DNA of 62,882 nt, filler included, from Neoconidiobolus thromboides FSU 785 (Eukaryota; Fungi; Entomophthoromycota): NCBI GenBank assembly GCA_025603075.1. It is 11 parts of 11 records of this genome, joined end to end, with 100 filler letters (N's around TTAATTAATTAA, not from the genome) between each part and the next. Parts side by side here need not be neighbours in the genome. Positions count along the whole stretch, not along the records: positions 22,892 to 25,292 come from MU626857.1; positions 25,393 to 43,178 come from MU626577.1; 9 more parts are not named here. The stretch is one strand, 5' to 3'. Shown here piece by piece: positions 23,528-37,068 of the stretch (positions within the stretch are counted from its first letter, which is position 1; each line of letters starts with the position of its first letter). The notes under the pieces are model-generated. The model did no database searches, was not told where the DNA came from, and saw only the letters and a program-made list of their open reading frames with translations. The position numbers were made by a program, and so were the translations under genes.

Positions 23528-25170
23528 ACATAATACTACAAAAGTTACAAAATATTCATCTAGTTTTGAAAAGAGATTTGAACAAAAGCTTTTTAAATTT
23601 TAAAAATCATTTAGCAGTACCATTCGGGTAGTAGTAGTTACATTTTTCAAACTCTAAAATATATTTTTATTACTATTTTGGAATCTTTTTTCGAGATATA
23701 GACATGTCTTAAAGATTATAGAGTAGCAGTTTTCCACTCAATAGCATTTAAAGAAATGGGCAAATAGATGAAACCAAAAAAGGCAGCTATATACTTAATT
23801 TGGAAAATAATAAACTAAAAAAACTAAACCATTACTATAACGTATATGAGCATCTTTTTTAGTTTCATTCATCTGTTAGCTATTCATTAAAAAGTTAAGG
23901 AGATTTAAATAAATAATAAAACAAAAGAGCATTCTCATGTGTGTATTTGTTTGATACTTGGGATATTCCTTTAGTTCAGTAGCTAAAATATAAACAAAGT
24001 TGATAATCGTTACTCTAATTTAAGTAATAAAATGAAATGAACTAATAAGTTACACAAGTTCTTATAAAACTCTGTAATAGTAATTACGATAAAATAGTTT
24101 GAAAGTTAATAAATATACTATCTATTGATTTAAATTAGTGTCAAGTCAATGGGTATAAGAAATCTAATGTCATATCATCAATTCAACCTTCGAAGTTCCT
24201 ACCATTATGGTGTTGCTAAAGATATAATTCTATAATATTAAACATTCTAGAGCCTTTTTTAATTTAAGTACCAAATAAAGCATTTTATAAAATTGCTTTT
24301 ATAAGCTTATGATATTTGACAAAAATTAATAAGCAATCTTCTAAAAATCATTGTAGATTAAGATATAAATATGTCATAGTAGTATGTTCTATATTGAGAG
24401 ATGCATTTTAAATATAAAATTATAAATTCAGCAATATAAATATAAAAACAAGGAACGAATAAATAAAAAGTAAAAAGTTTAATGAAAATACTTATTCTTA
24501 GTACAGAACCTTTTTAACAAATAAGCTAAAAATTTGTGATTGAATATAGTGTATTAAATAATGGTACTAAATAACTTAAGACTTGGTTAACTTGGTATCT
24601 CCAACATCTATTCATTAAGGATTGGTAAAAATTTTGAAATAGAAACTACCAATAATTATTTGCGATTTAATATTTAAGCTGAAAGATGGTCTCGTTTATA
24701 GCATCTAGGACTTCTCAAAACTACATTAATTAACAAAAGAGGAACTAACTTTTAGGTGATATATGGGGTATTGTGCTATGACATTAGGCTATTTATAAAT
24801 GTCACATGGCTTCACTGATTACGAAAATTTTAAGCTGAAAAAAGTAACTAGTTTCATTAAACTTTCGAACTTTATTAAGCTACTCTTATTTAAGTAGTAA
24901 ACATTTTTATTGTGTAATCGATTTATGAACATTCCTTTATAATGAGTTTAGCCATGACATGTGAGATGTTAAAAAAATACAAATTTTGTAATAAACAGCT
25001 TTTTAGTTAGTTATAATAATCTAAATCATATTATGTTTGTAATACTCATACTGCCTTATTCCTTAGAGTTTCTGAATTATATAGTAATAAAAATATAGTT
25101 TGCCTAAGGTTCCATAAAGTATAAATACGAACATATTATCAGGATATCATTTATTACTCTCTTTAACTAA

Positions 25171-25292
25171 ATGGTCTCGATTAAAAACGTTGTCTTATTC
25201 ACTTTATCGTTTGGTGCTGCTATTTATAAATGTCAAAACCCTGACATCATTGAGGGTACCGATGAAACATTACCAGTCAAGGAAAATGATTT
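25171..25292 (+). CDS. Possible secreted protein N-terminus, cut by contig edge
   Basis: MVSIKNVVLFTLSFGAAIYKCQNPDIIEGTDETLPVKEND; signal-peptide-like start, family not recognised. Confidence 0.35.
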
Positions 25293-25392
25293 NNNNNNNN
25301 NNNNNNNNNNNNNNNNNNNNNNNNNNNNNNNNNNNNTTAATTAATTAANNNNNNNNNNNNNNNNNNNNNNNNNNNNNNNNNNNNNNNNNNNN

Positions 25393-25799
25393 AATAGTCC
25401 AGTTTGAGCTAATATTAATGCACCAGTACAAACTGTAAATACTACTTTAGTATTGTTACATAATTCAGTGAAGTCTTGAATAAATTCATCATTGGCTACC
25501 ATAGCATAAGTCCCTTGTACTCCTCCAGGTACTACTATTAAATCAAAATGTTGCCTCTTAGCTTCTTTGATACTTAGCTTTGTGTGATAGGTTAAACTAT
25601 TAAACCAAGAGTTTACTAAACTATCACCATTAACTCCAATACTTACAGTCTCAAATAGATCTGGATGATCACCTAATATTTCTGCTGGACCTACTAAATC
25701 TAACATGGTAAACTGTTCATAGATAATAAAGCCAACTTTGTATTTCTCTTGTTTTGGAAAGTAAGGATCAATAATATCTAAATATTTATTAATATACAT
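25393..25799 (-). CDS. DJ-1/PfpI family protein (isocyanide-hydratase-like), C-terminus cut by contig edge
   Basis: FTMLDLVGP, VVPGG and nucleophile elbow TVCTGA. Confidence 0.85.
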
Positions 25800-26004
25800 T
25801 ATTTTACCATTAAATGGTTTATTTTACTTTTTGATGTTGGTGTTGTCATTTTTAATTTTTAACCTTTAATTTTGTAACAAGAAGGTGTGTCTTTTTTGCC
25901 CTTATATACCCTTTACACTACCTATTCATCGCTTTTTTACCATTTCATATTATCATGTATTATACTTTACTGTTGTTTTATTGGTAAAATGAAATTTAAA
26001 ATAT

Positions 26005-26101
26005 GGGAATGTTTTTTTCTGATTTCATTACTTTTTCCATTTTTAAGCACTACTTGAGTGAAAGATTGTTAGTAAAATTCTTAAACAAAAAATACATCCC
26101 C
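26005..26101 (+). mobile_element. MITE A copy
   Basis: ATAT/AAAT flanks. Confidence 0.88.
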
Positions 26102-26458
26102 AAATAGCTGTTAGCTTAAAATTGAGAGAATAGTTGACTACGTATTGATATTGATATGTAAACTTGATTTTTTAAATTTAAATCAATAATAAATAATGAG
26201 CACAGTAAGAATAATTTCATCAAAAAAGACCCGATATTAAATTTGATTTAATAAGGTAGTTTAAGCTTTAAATTAGGTGTGAATCTTATATAATTAATAT
26301 GTTGTTACTAATCATAATGATCATGAAAAGCCTTACTTATAGTATTAATTATTCATTGATTTTATATTAATACTTAACTTTTGTTTTATTTCTATTAAAA
26401 TGATACTGATATAAACAAATTTTAAAGGTTACTCACTCTGCTTTGATGAATATAATAT

Positions 26459-26550
26459 GAAGATATATTTTCTAAGGATTTTATTAATAATCTTTGCTCA
26501 AATAGCACCTAAAAAATAGAAAAAGCGGTGAAGCTAATAAAACATATACA
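26459..26550 (-). mobile_element. Degraded MITE A copy
   Basis: Recognisable AAGGATTTTATTAATAATCTTTGCTCAAATAGC core. Confidence 0.6.
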
Positions 26551-26858
26551 TATATACAATATTAATATTAGAAATATTATGGTATTAGTATAGAAAATGC
26601 GGTGCTAAATAAAGAATCATAACTTCCTTATAAAATAATCATGGACTATGTAGGTATCAAACTATTTATCTCATAATTTAAATCAGCAAATATTTCAAGG
26701 AATCAATTTTGTAAAAATTGAATAATTTTTCATAATACATTTCATTTTGTCTCCATTCAAATATGAATATTTATAAAACCAATACCAAGTTATTACTCTT
26801 ATCTTTATTAAGCAAAAAAATTAAATACTATTTGCTTATAGACTTTATTAAGTAAATC

Positions 26859-26931
26859 GGGGAACTAGCTCAGATGGTAGAGCGCTCGCTTAGCATGCGA
26901 GAGGCACCGGGATCGATGCCCGGGTTCTCCA
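26859..26931 (+). tRNA. trnA: tRNA-Ala(AGC)
   Basis: Acceptor GGGGAAC/GTTCTCC with G3:U70 Ala identity pair; anticodon loop TTAGCAT. Confidence 0.95.
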
Positions 26932-27326
26932 TTCTTCTTTTTTCTTTTCTAAATAAAAGAGATAAGATTGCTTTTGATTTAAACTAGATGCTATTATTTG
27001 TATTTTATATATATAATGATCCAGTTTTTAAAACCTATGGACTTATCTTTGATTTTTTCTAGTAAAACTCTAGTGGGTTTTGGTTTCTAGCTTCTTTTAC
27101 CTAATAACAATCAGCATTAAATAATAGTATTATTCTAATAGTAGATTTACAAATTATTAAACTTCAATAAATATCAATAAAGATCTAGATAGAATGTTTG
27201 ATATAAAATTGGTAACTATTTTTATAATTAAAGCTCATAATAAAATAAAATTGATATTATTATTAACTTCTCATTGAAAGTTCAATTTATCCTATTTTTT
27301 AAATGTTATTAGATAAACTTATATAT

Positions 27327-27425
27327 GGGAATGTTTTTTTTGGTTTTATTACTCTTTCCATTTTCTAAGCGCTATTTGAGTGGAAAATTTGTTAGTAAAA
27401 TTCTTAAACACAAAAATACATCCCC
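27327..27425 (+). mobile_element. MITE A copy
   Basis: ATAT/ATAT flanks. Confidence 0.9.
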
Positions 27426-27785
27426 ATATGTTTAATAAATTATCAACAGTCTAAATAGCAATTTTATGAATTTAAAATAAATTCAATAAATGTGAGGAGA
27501 ATAACAGGAGTTTAGAACTTGAATATCAAATACAAAGTAGCTAATATTTTTAGCTAAAATAAACAATTAATAGAATTAATATTAAGATAAAAGTTATATT
27601 AAAAAAGTTTGTTTAAATAGGAACATGGTGGAAAATGAAACAGATAACAAGATTAATGTATTTTCAATAAATACATAATTACACCAAGAAATAACTAAAA
27701 GTGTCAATTAAACTGGAACCAACTTTATAAAAATCACTACCAACTCATTAATGAATAAACTTTGGTGGTGAAGTATAACTTATAT

Positions 27786-27877
27786 AGGGATGTCTTTTTT
27801 TAAGAATTTTTCCAACAATTCCACTAAAATAGTATTTAAAAGATAGAAAAGGTGATGAAATCAAAAAAAGTACCCTC
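27786..27877 (-). mobile_element. MITE A copy (degraded)
   Basis: Reverse-orientation match to consensus. Confidence 0.75.
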
Positions 27878-28448
27878 ATGTATTATTAGTTAATAAAATG
27901 GCATTAATATGATTTTTTTAAAATGAAGAAGTTTGATTTTAATTTAATTTGAAACTAGTAAATTGAATAACCAATGATAGGAGAAAGATATAGAACTAAA
28001 AAGGAACTTATATTACTTTTTAATAGATTTTTTTTAAGTAGCTTATTTCAAACGTTTATACTTTAATTTAGAATATTTTTCTGATAATTCTTATATATAT
28101 ATAATGTAGCCTTTAAATTGAAATTTATGCTCCTATTTTATTTGATTGTTTATATTGACTGTTTATATTGATTTCTATCATATTCAACCAATAATTTATT
28201 AGGAAAAATAGCTTGAACTTTAAACACAAAAAAAGTAACTTAATTTTTTTGCTTATTTTGAAAATTCAATTAACGACCAAGAATCGGAACTAAGGAAAAG
28301 AGAATATAAGACAGAAACTAAATCAAGAAGTAGTATATTACCACTAATACTTATGAATATAAAGATATAACTATAGGAACCAAAACAAGTGATAATTTAT
28401 TATTGATAGTAACTGGGGTGTCTACTCTATTAATCAAGCTATTTTGAA

Positions 28449-29127
28449 ATGTTTAGTACATTTCAAGCCCATGAAGATGAAATACCATCTGAGATAAAAG
28501 ATAAATCATTATTTTATAAATATAATAATCAGATATTAAGTAAAGTAGTTTGTTTACAATGTAAATTAGATAAAAAGAAATGTAGTAAACAATACCCTTT
28601 ATGCATTCGATGTAAAGAAAAGAATAGATCATGTACATATACCAAATCAACAAACGAAGTAAAAGTAAAATGTATTATAAAGGACAATAAAGAAAACAGT
28701 ATTCAATTAGTTTATTTTAATAAAATAAACAAAAATTGGACAAAATTAAGTAAAGTAAGAAGTTTATTAATGGATAGTTTAATCGACGATTCATATACTC
28801 CAATTTACATTAATAAATACGGATTTATTGATTACTATGGACAAAGCCCAGCTTGTATGTTATTAGCTAATTTTATGGAATTATCGGAATTTAGAAAGGA
28901 TAGAAGAATTGAATTAAAGAGTCAAGAAATGGGCAAAAGTAAATCATTTAATTTGAGAATTGAAAGAATACTATTAAATTCAGTTATTATACAACAAGCT
29001 AAATTAAGTTATTTTATTAATTTTTGTATTTATTTTCCATTTATTACTGAAGAATATTTAGAACAGTATAGTAATGATTTATTAAATAGTATTGTTATTT
29101 GTATCGGTTATAAATATTTAATCAATA

Positions 29128-29169
<42 letters not shown>

Positions 29170-29175
29170 TTAATG

Positions 29176-29207
<32 letters not shown>

Positions 29208-30206
29208 CAAATTAATAATTATTTAGATAATTTATGTATATTACAATTTAAATCATATTTCCCAACACCTAATTTAAATTTATTAATTAGTTTAAGTTTG
29301 ATGGGAATTTATCAAATTATTGTCAATGATTTCAAACGTTGTTGGCTATATCAATCATATACAATAACTTATGCTATTTTATTAGGATGTCATTTAAAAC
29401 CAAATAAAAAATCAAAAATACCAATAAATATATTAAAAATAAGATATCACCTTTGGTGGTTTTGTTGTATATTAGATAAAGTTAATACCTTTTTATTAAA
29501 TCGACCGAGTTTAATACCAGCTAATAATCATTTAGTAAATTATCCTAAAATGAAACAATTACCTAAAGTTAATAACGAATTTAATTATCAACAATTTGTT
29601 ATAGTAAGAGATTATTTGAGTTTCATTTATTTAAAAAATTTTAATGATTTATGCAATTTTATGGGTTATATTCAAGGATTAATTAAAATTAATTTATTTG
29701 AAAATCAAAGCAAAAGTATGAGATTATCTCAACAATTAATTTTAAAAATTCAATATTGTTATTATACGTTTGAAAATAAATTAAAGTATCAATTATCAAG
29801 TCAACCTAAATGGGTATGGAATTTAGCATCACCTCTATTATATTTTAATAAAATAGTTATGTTAACAATGTTAATTCAATTAAATCAATTACAATTCAAA
29901 TTAAATAATAACTCTCAATTTCAATCTAACATATTATTAGAATTGAAGTTTAATAGTATCAATTTAATTCAATTAGCTAAAATTCAAAACTACCATTTTA
30001 TTAGATTTGGTCATGCTTATCGTTTCTTTGCAATTACTTCTGCTACCTTAGCTTTAGCTTTAATTTTACAAAAAAATAATCAAGATGATTGTAAACAACA
30101 CTTTTTAGATGCTTATCTCATTTTAAAAAAAGCAAAACAACATATTCCAATTGTAAATGAGTTTTATATTCAAGTAAAAAAAGTAATTATAAATTTGAAT
30201 TTATAA
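28449..30206 (+). CDS. Zn(II)2Cys6 fungal transcription factor
   Basis: CLQC-x6-C-x6-CIRC-x6-C cluster; middle-homology motif RYHLWWFCCILDK...NRP. Confidence 0.9.
29133..29205 (+). repeat. (AAT)n microsatellite encoding poly-Asn
   Basis: Interrupted AAT run inside the Zn2Cys6 gene. Confidence 0.9.
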
Positions 30207-30275
30207 TAAAATAATAACATAATAAGTTAATAATAAAATAAAAATAATGTAATTTTTAATTTGATACTTTATTTA

Positions 30276-32063
30276 TTAAAATTTATTATGAATTTGATTT
30301 AATTTATCATTAAAATTATTAAGTTCCTCTTTTAATTTAATTAATTGTTGTAATTTATAATTACTATCTTGTTTATTATTATTATTGTTATCTTGTTGTT
30401 GATGTTGTTTACTTGTTACTTGTGGTTTTAAATAATAATGATAGTATGTCATATTTATCATTAATAAAATAGCTAATCCATAAACAATATAATATAAAAT
30501 CGATTTAAATTTATCCTTGGATTGAATTTGATGATTATTATTACTTCCTTTTTCAGCTGATATTACATTATTATTATTATTATTATTATTATTCTCATTA
30601 ACTCCTTCAGCAATAGTAATAAGATGTGGATTATTACTAATATAATTTTTAATTTCTTCATCTAATTCTTGAGCTGCTTTAGTAGTACCATCTTTAGTAC
30701 CCGCTTCAATTGGTCCTTTAAACCAAGAAGATTTAGACCATTCCAACCAAGTAGTTATTACTAATCGACATTGATTAGTATTACTGATCATAAAACAATA
30801 CCTTGTATTAACAGTAAATGCATCTCCACTTGGTACATCTGGATTTTTACTTTGATCCTGTACCATATAACTATCTTCTTGTTTAGTTACTATTTCTTCA
30901 ATAATATTAACCCTCGTTTGTTTAGGTCCTAATGGATTACTCAATGGTTTAATATAATGAATTTCCCTTTTATCGTCTTTCCATTCTTTAAATTCAACGT
31001 TATTATTAGTCTTTTCTAAATATTCTTTCATAAAGTGATTATCTTCCCCAAATAATAATTCAAATAAAACTTTAATATTAACAGAATAAGTAGTATCTAA
31101 ATTTAAATACCCTTCATGACTACTATTCATCTTTAAACATGGGCATAAACTACTACTATTCTCATTCACATTGGTTCCATTATTAGTGTCTTCATTAACT
31201 GTATTTGATCTGATAGGCTCAACAGCTCTATTAGGACATTTCTTAGACCATAACTCGTAAAGTTTACAAAACACAGTATCACGAGCCATAAATGAAGTAA
31301 AGAAATACTATAAAAATAATAGAATTTAATAAACAACAACAAATAGTAATTTTAAACTTACCTTCTGATCCAAAGTAATAATTTGGATAGCATTAGGAAT
31401 AACAAAAGCAGTTGAACGTTTTTGTAAAGAAACAATATGCTTAAATGGAATGATAGTATGGTTAACCCAACCAAATAAATTAGAATGAAAACAAATACGT
31501 TCACTAGTTAGATAAAGTCGTCCAGTAACTAGAATATCTTTTTGTAAAGCACAATGATAATCTTCAATTAAAATATCATCTAAAGGAAGGGAAGGAAAAT
31601 TAATATGAAAATCGATATTTCTTTTCTTTTGAATAGGATCTAATTGTAAGTCTAACAATTGATTCTTTTCTTCTTCTTCAGTTTCTGGTTCTAAACTATC
31701 ATAACTAGGTAAATCTTCTCTATCTTTTACAATAAACTCATTTAAGGAACCTGGTGTCCCTGGGGCACTATCTTCTTTATCATTTAACCAACTTAAATCT
31801 TCTAATTTTAATGGAAAATCTTCTCCAACGATACTAGGTTTGACTTGATGTCTTTTACTAGTACCGGGAGTTGAAGGTTCCATAGTATTGGTATTATTAT
31901 TCATAGTATTTATATCTTCAATTGAGTTGGTAAATAATTCCTTTAGTGGACTACTGGATCTTTTATTATCAATAGTGTTACGCTCTTTTAAAGGTAATAA
32001 TTTTTTTAATTTTAAAGATAAACGCTTTTTTTCTGGTGTTAATTCTTCTTCTCTAGAGCTCAT
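30276..32063 (-). CDS. GRAM + VASt (StART-like) sterol transfer protein, Lam/GRAMD1 family, 2 exons
   Basis: Exons 32063-31362 and 31307-30276 join as QK-YFFTSFMARD; GRLYL..ICFHSNLFGW (GRAM); NPDVPSGDAF (VASt); C-terminal TM. Confidence 0.88.
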
Positions 32064-32578
32064 TATAAATAAAAATGGTTGTGTGTTATTTTATATTTTT
32101 CTGTTTTAATGCATTCGAATTAATTAGCCTTAGACTGAGCTTAAATTCCAATTTCAGTTAAGCCATTGGTTCTATCTTAATCTCATGATTGATACTACCT
32201 TTCTCCACCAATTAACATTTGTTTTTTTTAAACTGATATCAAAATTACTATGATGAGAAAAAAGTTACATTAATATCAATTGGACATTTTTTTAGAATAA
32301 AGCTTGTCTATTCTACTGTATGATTTAAGGTTTTGATAATAACATTTATCTTTTTTTAAAAAGTATTATTATTATTTTAAAAACAAGTGCTAGTCTGCTT
32401 TCATTCAACTATTAGAGCATAAATCTATATTATTTGCTTTTGCCTTTTTTTTAATTGAACTGCTTAAACTTTGAAGAAAGTTAACCAAATGATCAAAAAA
32501 TCTAATGTGAGTTTGATGAAATAGAAAAGTGTGGTGGTACAAAACATCTGCCCAATTACTACAAGTTTTTTTATAGGT

Positions 32579-32676
32579 GAGGCTGTATTTTTATGTTTAA
32601 GAATTTTACTAACAAATTTTGTGTTCAAATAGCGCTTAAAAAGTGGAAAAAACAATCAAGCCAAAAAAACACCCTC
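32579..32676 (-). mobile_element. MITE A copy
   Basis: Flanks AGGT/AAGT (one mismatch). Confidence 0.85.
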
Positions 32677-33035
32677 AAGTGATAATAATCAAGCAATTAT
32701 TATGTGTCATTACACCTTTCCATTTCATTAAATCTACATTGCTCAATTTATAATAATTTTAACTTTTTCAATCAATGCCTCCTTTTTATTATTTCAACAT
32801 TTGTTCAAAAACTGTAATCAATTTGGATTAGAAGCTAGTTTTTTAAGCATATTTCTACTGCTTAGTTAAAATGAATTATTTTATTATCATTTTTAATATA
32901 ATAAAGTTTGTTTTGATATATTTAGTTTTGTTATAGAAATTATGACATCATTACTATAAAAAAACATACTAAATAATAATAAATATTCAGAATTGCTTTA
33001 TAATTGTTTTGTATTTTATTATTACAACTTTATAT

Positions 33036-33132
33036 GGGAGTGTTTTTTTTGACTTCATTATTTTCCATTTTTTAAGCACTATTTAAGTGGAAAAGTTGTT
33101 AGTAAAATCCTTAAACATAAAAATACATCCCC
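33036..33132 (+). mobile_element. MITE A copy
   Basis: ATAT/ATAT flanks. Confidence 0.9.
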
Positions 33133-33403
33133 ATATTATTATATTCTCATACTTCTTTATTTCTTAGAAGTTAGTAGTGGTAAAAGTATGAAACTACAGC
33201 AGTAATTAAGTTTTTACAGTTTTCTTAGTTTTTGAATAATTATAACTATTCACCCATCCAACTAATGCCCTCTTACTTTTATAAAAAGCAAAATCCAAAT
33301 TGTTTATTACAATATTGATATTGATTTTTATTTATGTTAAATCAAAACTTTACATTAGTCAAAAATATATACTAAAGTTATAGTTAATAATGTTATTTAC
33401 TAG

Positions 33404-33833
33404 TTTCTGTTTCCTATTTTTTAAAGCATTAATTTTATATACTATTTAATTAAGTTTATTATTATCAATAGTAAACTTTAACAATATTTATTTAATTTAT
33501 TATAAAACCTCATAAACTCTGGGTTATTATAAATAGTTAAAATTAATGTAAATAGATTATAATAATCATATAGTATGCTTTTTATTATATTAAATTTTTT
33601 TAAAATTCCATTTTGAAGTTTAGTCATAAAAAGTAAAGTCAAGTAGCTATACATTTATATATTGTACATCTATTAAACAATAAAAATAAAACAATTATAG
33701 TCTTAAATCAAATTTTTTTGCTTAATTTTAAGCTTTTAAATTCAACTAATCATACACTAAGGACTTATAAATTTAGAAACTTGAAATTTGGATTAATTTT
33801 TAGCTAAATTATGAAATCAATTTGGACATCCCC
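33404..33833 (-). mobile_element. 5'-end fragment of the Sola-like element
   Basis: Diverged match to ~13800-14331; ends TGGACATCCCC|ATAT. Confidence 0.7.
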
Positions 33834-35877
33834 ATATATATACCTAATAAAAATCAAAATGTTTTGTAACTGTTTCACTTAATTGATGTATTCATGTTAT
33901 TAATTCTTAAAATAAGAACATTTGTTTTTTTAATCTATTTTAACTTTATTTGCAAGATTAAATAGTAATTTAGAAAAACAATAACAAAATAACAAAAACA
34001 TTAGTATTTCATTGCCTTCCTTTTTCTAAAGTAAACTCCATTTTTATTTGGCAATTGAAGTTATAATGAATTTTGTAGATCTTATAGAAACAATATTCAG
34101 TTTGTAAAGAATATTATATAATATTTATATCATCAAACTATTTAGTTTAGTTTAGTTTAGTTATTCTAGACTCTATCATATTTGATATAAATAATAAAAT
34201 TGAAATTTGAAGACTAATTAATGGATTAGTTTGATAATTTAGCAAAATTAGAAGACGGATAAGAATACTAAAAGGATTTGGTATGAAATATGTATATCTT
34301 ATTATCTTAGTATCTTAGTATCTTAAATAGTATAATTAAATTTTAAAAGATATGATAGAGATATATACTATTCTAGTTTATTACATAAACAACGTTAAAT
34401 CAAAAATATCGTTTATCACTCATAAAACTTATTAAATAGCTCATAATTTCGCTTTTATTTGTAAAAAAAATGACTATAACCTTTTTTGTTATCTCCAATA
34501 AATTAATCTATTAGCATAACCTGCTATTATATTTTAATACATTAGATTATGACATTTACAATATAAAGATTGTAAAATAATGATTATAAAGGTAAATCAT
34601 TTAATATTTTTAAATTGAATGAACTTTAAAATCAATAATATACTGACAAATATATTTGTTATACTTGTTTTGAGATACATAGAAGATATAAAGTGCTTAA
34701 CGTATTCTTAAAAGCAAGCTATTATAAAGGTCCTAAAAATAAGATTGAAAACTTAGTTTATTTCAATTAGAGTGTTTAATTAAATATTGAACAAATATAA
34801 GACTTTAAGGGATAAAAGTTTTAAAGGAGTCATTTTTATAATAATTTGATAGAGTGATTTAATAGTAGTGATAAAAATTAAACACTAAAGGTTAAACATA
34901 AGTCTAATAATATGTTTTTATTAAAATTTCCTAATTTAAATTAGTCCATATATGTGATGTACTTTAAATTTCACATACAGTAACCTTCAGTAACTCGTTT
35001 TTCACAAATTCTTAAGTTGAAACCCATACATCTTTATTAACCAGATTACTGCGCTAAAACACGAACTCTTACTTACGTATATTTACTTATATACATGATA
35101 GAATAATGATAGCTTTTTATGTGTCTTACTTTTATCTTCATTAAACTTTTAACTATTTCATTACTACGATAATTGTTCGTTTTCGAGATGATGATTGCTA
35201 TAGGAATGCATTAAAGTTCTTGAGCCAATAAGGTAAATAAGTCCAGAGGAGTTAAAAATTGGTAAATAAACTTATCAAATTAAATATCTCATTTTCGAAT
35301 ACTTATGTTAATATTAAATAATATAATAGCATTATAATGATAACTTGTATCTAAAAATAAACCTCATTTTGATTTCCTCCACCTTATTTTTCAATTTTCT
35401 TTAAATAGATGCTATTCTCATTAAATTCTGAAAGTACCATAAATGGGGGAAAAATTGGATTCCTATGAACTATATGACTCAACTACAAGGAGACCGATTT
35501 TAATTTAGGTTAACAACTTATCTATATAGAGAACATAAATAAATTCTTGCATCTTTCGAATTGCATCAGTTTTTTAAGATATGCTGATAAAATTTGATAT
35601 ACAAAGCGGAATATATAAGCTTTTAATAGTTTTGCGAATACAAAACCTTGTGAACAAATTAAATTCAAAAAGGTAAAAGAACAAAAAAACCAGTAATTCC
35701 ATAGATCGAATGGGGCGAGTTATTTTTAGGTTAATGATTAGGAACTCTGTCAGATAGACTATAAATACAATATCTAATCGTTCATCAAAGAAATTAGCTT
35801 TAATATTTTTTAATATCTTTAATTCATTTTCACATATAACCTAATTTTTTTATAAAAGTATTCAAAGTTTAATAAAA

Positions 35878-37068
35878 ATGATTTTTAATCTTAAAGCCGT
35901 TTCATTAATAATCTTGGGAATTGCAACTTCCGTTGTTGGTCAGGATTTGCCATTCTGTAAACCAGAAAATATTCGAGTTCGTAAAAATATCAAGCAAATG
36001 AGTGATTCTCAATTAACTCGTTATTTTAATGCTGTTAAACAATTAAACAGTGGTCCAAGGCCAACAAAATGGGATAGCTTTGCTAAGATGCACATTGAAT
36101 ATTATCCACAAGTTCATATGAGACCACTTTTCTATGTATGGCATCGTTACTATTTATATTTTGTTGAAAAAGAATTACAAAAAATTGATCCTTCCGTCAC
36201 TATTCCATACTGGGATTGGACCTCCGAAGCCAGTAACCCAAACAGTGATCCTATCTATAGCGAGAAATATTTTGGTAGAGTAAACGGTAATGATGGATGC
36301 GTTGATAGTGGTCCATTCAAAGATTTCAAAGTCTTTTATTATCATGGCGGAAATGGGGGTGAACATTGTTTAAGACGTAAGAAGGTATTTGATGAAAAAG
36401 TAACTGGTGCGGCTGAAATGGATAATTTATACTTAAATGATACTCCTTTCAGTAGATTTGCTGGAAATATTGAAGGTTTACCACATGGTCGTATTCATAA
36501 TGGTATTGGTGGTGAATTCTCTGGTCATGCTTCACCTGGTGATCCATTATTCTATTCCCATCATGCTTTCATTGATAAATTATGGTTTGATCACCAAATG
36601 CGTTACCCAGAAACTATGGATGAATATCATATAAGCCGTCGTACTCCAGTTGCACCTTGGGGCTTCCCAGTTCTTCAAGGTATCGATACTTCAGACCGTA
36701 TGTGTTATGTTTATAAACAAGAACATTTCTCATGGGTCAAACCAGGTGGTGTTTCTCGTGCTGCTTTCATTCCTGATTTCACACCAGAACCATACACTGT
36801 ACCAACTAATGTTACTACCCTTGAAGATTTAGTCAAACATGATGTTGCCTTCGTTACTAAGAATTTTGAATTAGCCGATAATGGTATTACTAAAATCATG
36901 CAGAGCGATAGAAGTTTACTTTCTTCTGCACCCGAAAAACCACCAGTCAAATTATTGGATGCTGATTTCATTATGAAGATGCAATTCAATTACTCCAATA
37001 TCCGTGAAAACGAAATGCGTGAATTGGAATTCAACAACTTCATGAAAGAAACCGGAGGTGCATTATAA
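35878..37068 (+). CDS. Secreted tyrosinase (type-3 di-copper protein)
   Basis: Signal peptide; CuA H..H..WHR; CuB PHGRIH...DPLFYSHHAFID; CYVY tyrosine motif; C-terminal extension. Confidence 0.92.
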   Translation: MIFNLKAVSLIILGIATSVVGQDLPFCKPENIRVRKNIKQMSDSQLTRYFNAVKQLNSGPRPTKWDSFAKMHIEYYPQVHMRPLFYVWHRYYLYFVEKELQKIDPSVTIPYWDWTSEASNPNSDPIYSEKYFGRVNGNDGCVDSGPFKDFKVFYYHGGNGGEHCLRRKKVFDEKVTGAAEMDNLYLNDTPFSRFAGNIEGLPHGRIHNGIGGEFSGHASPGDPLFYSHHAFIDKLWFDHQMRYPETMDEYHISRRTPVAPWGFPVLQGIDTSDRMCYVYKQEHFSWVKPGGVSRAAFIPDFTPEPYTVPTNVTTLEDLVKHDVAFVTKNFELADNGITKIMQSDRSLLSSAPEKPPVKLLDADFIMKMQFNYSNIRENEMRELEFNNFMKETGGAL

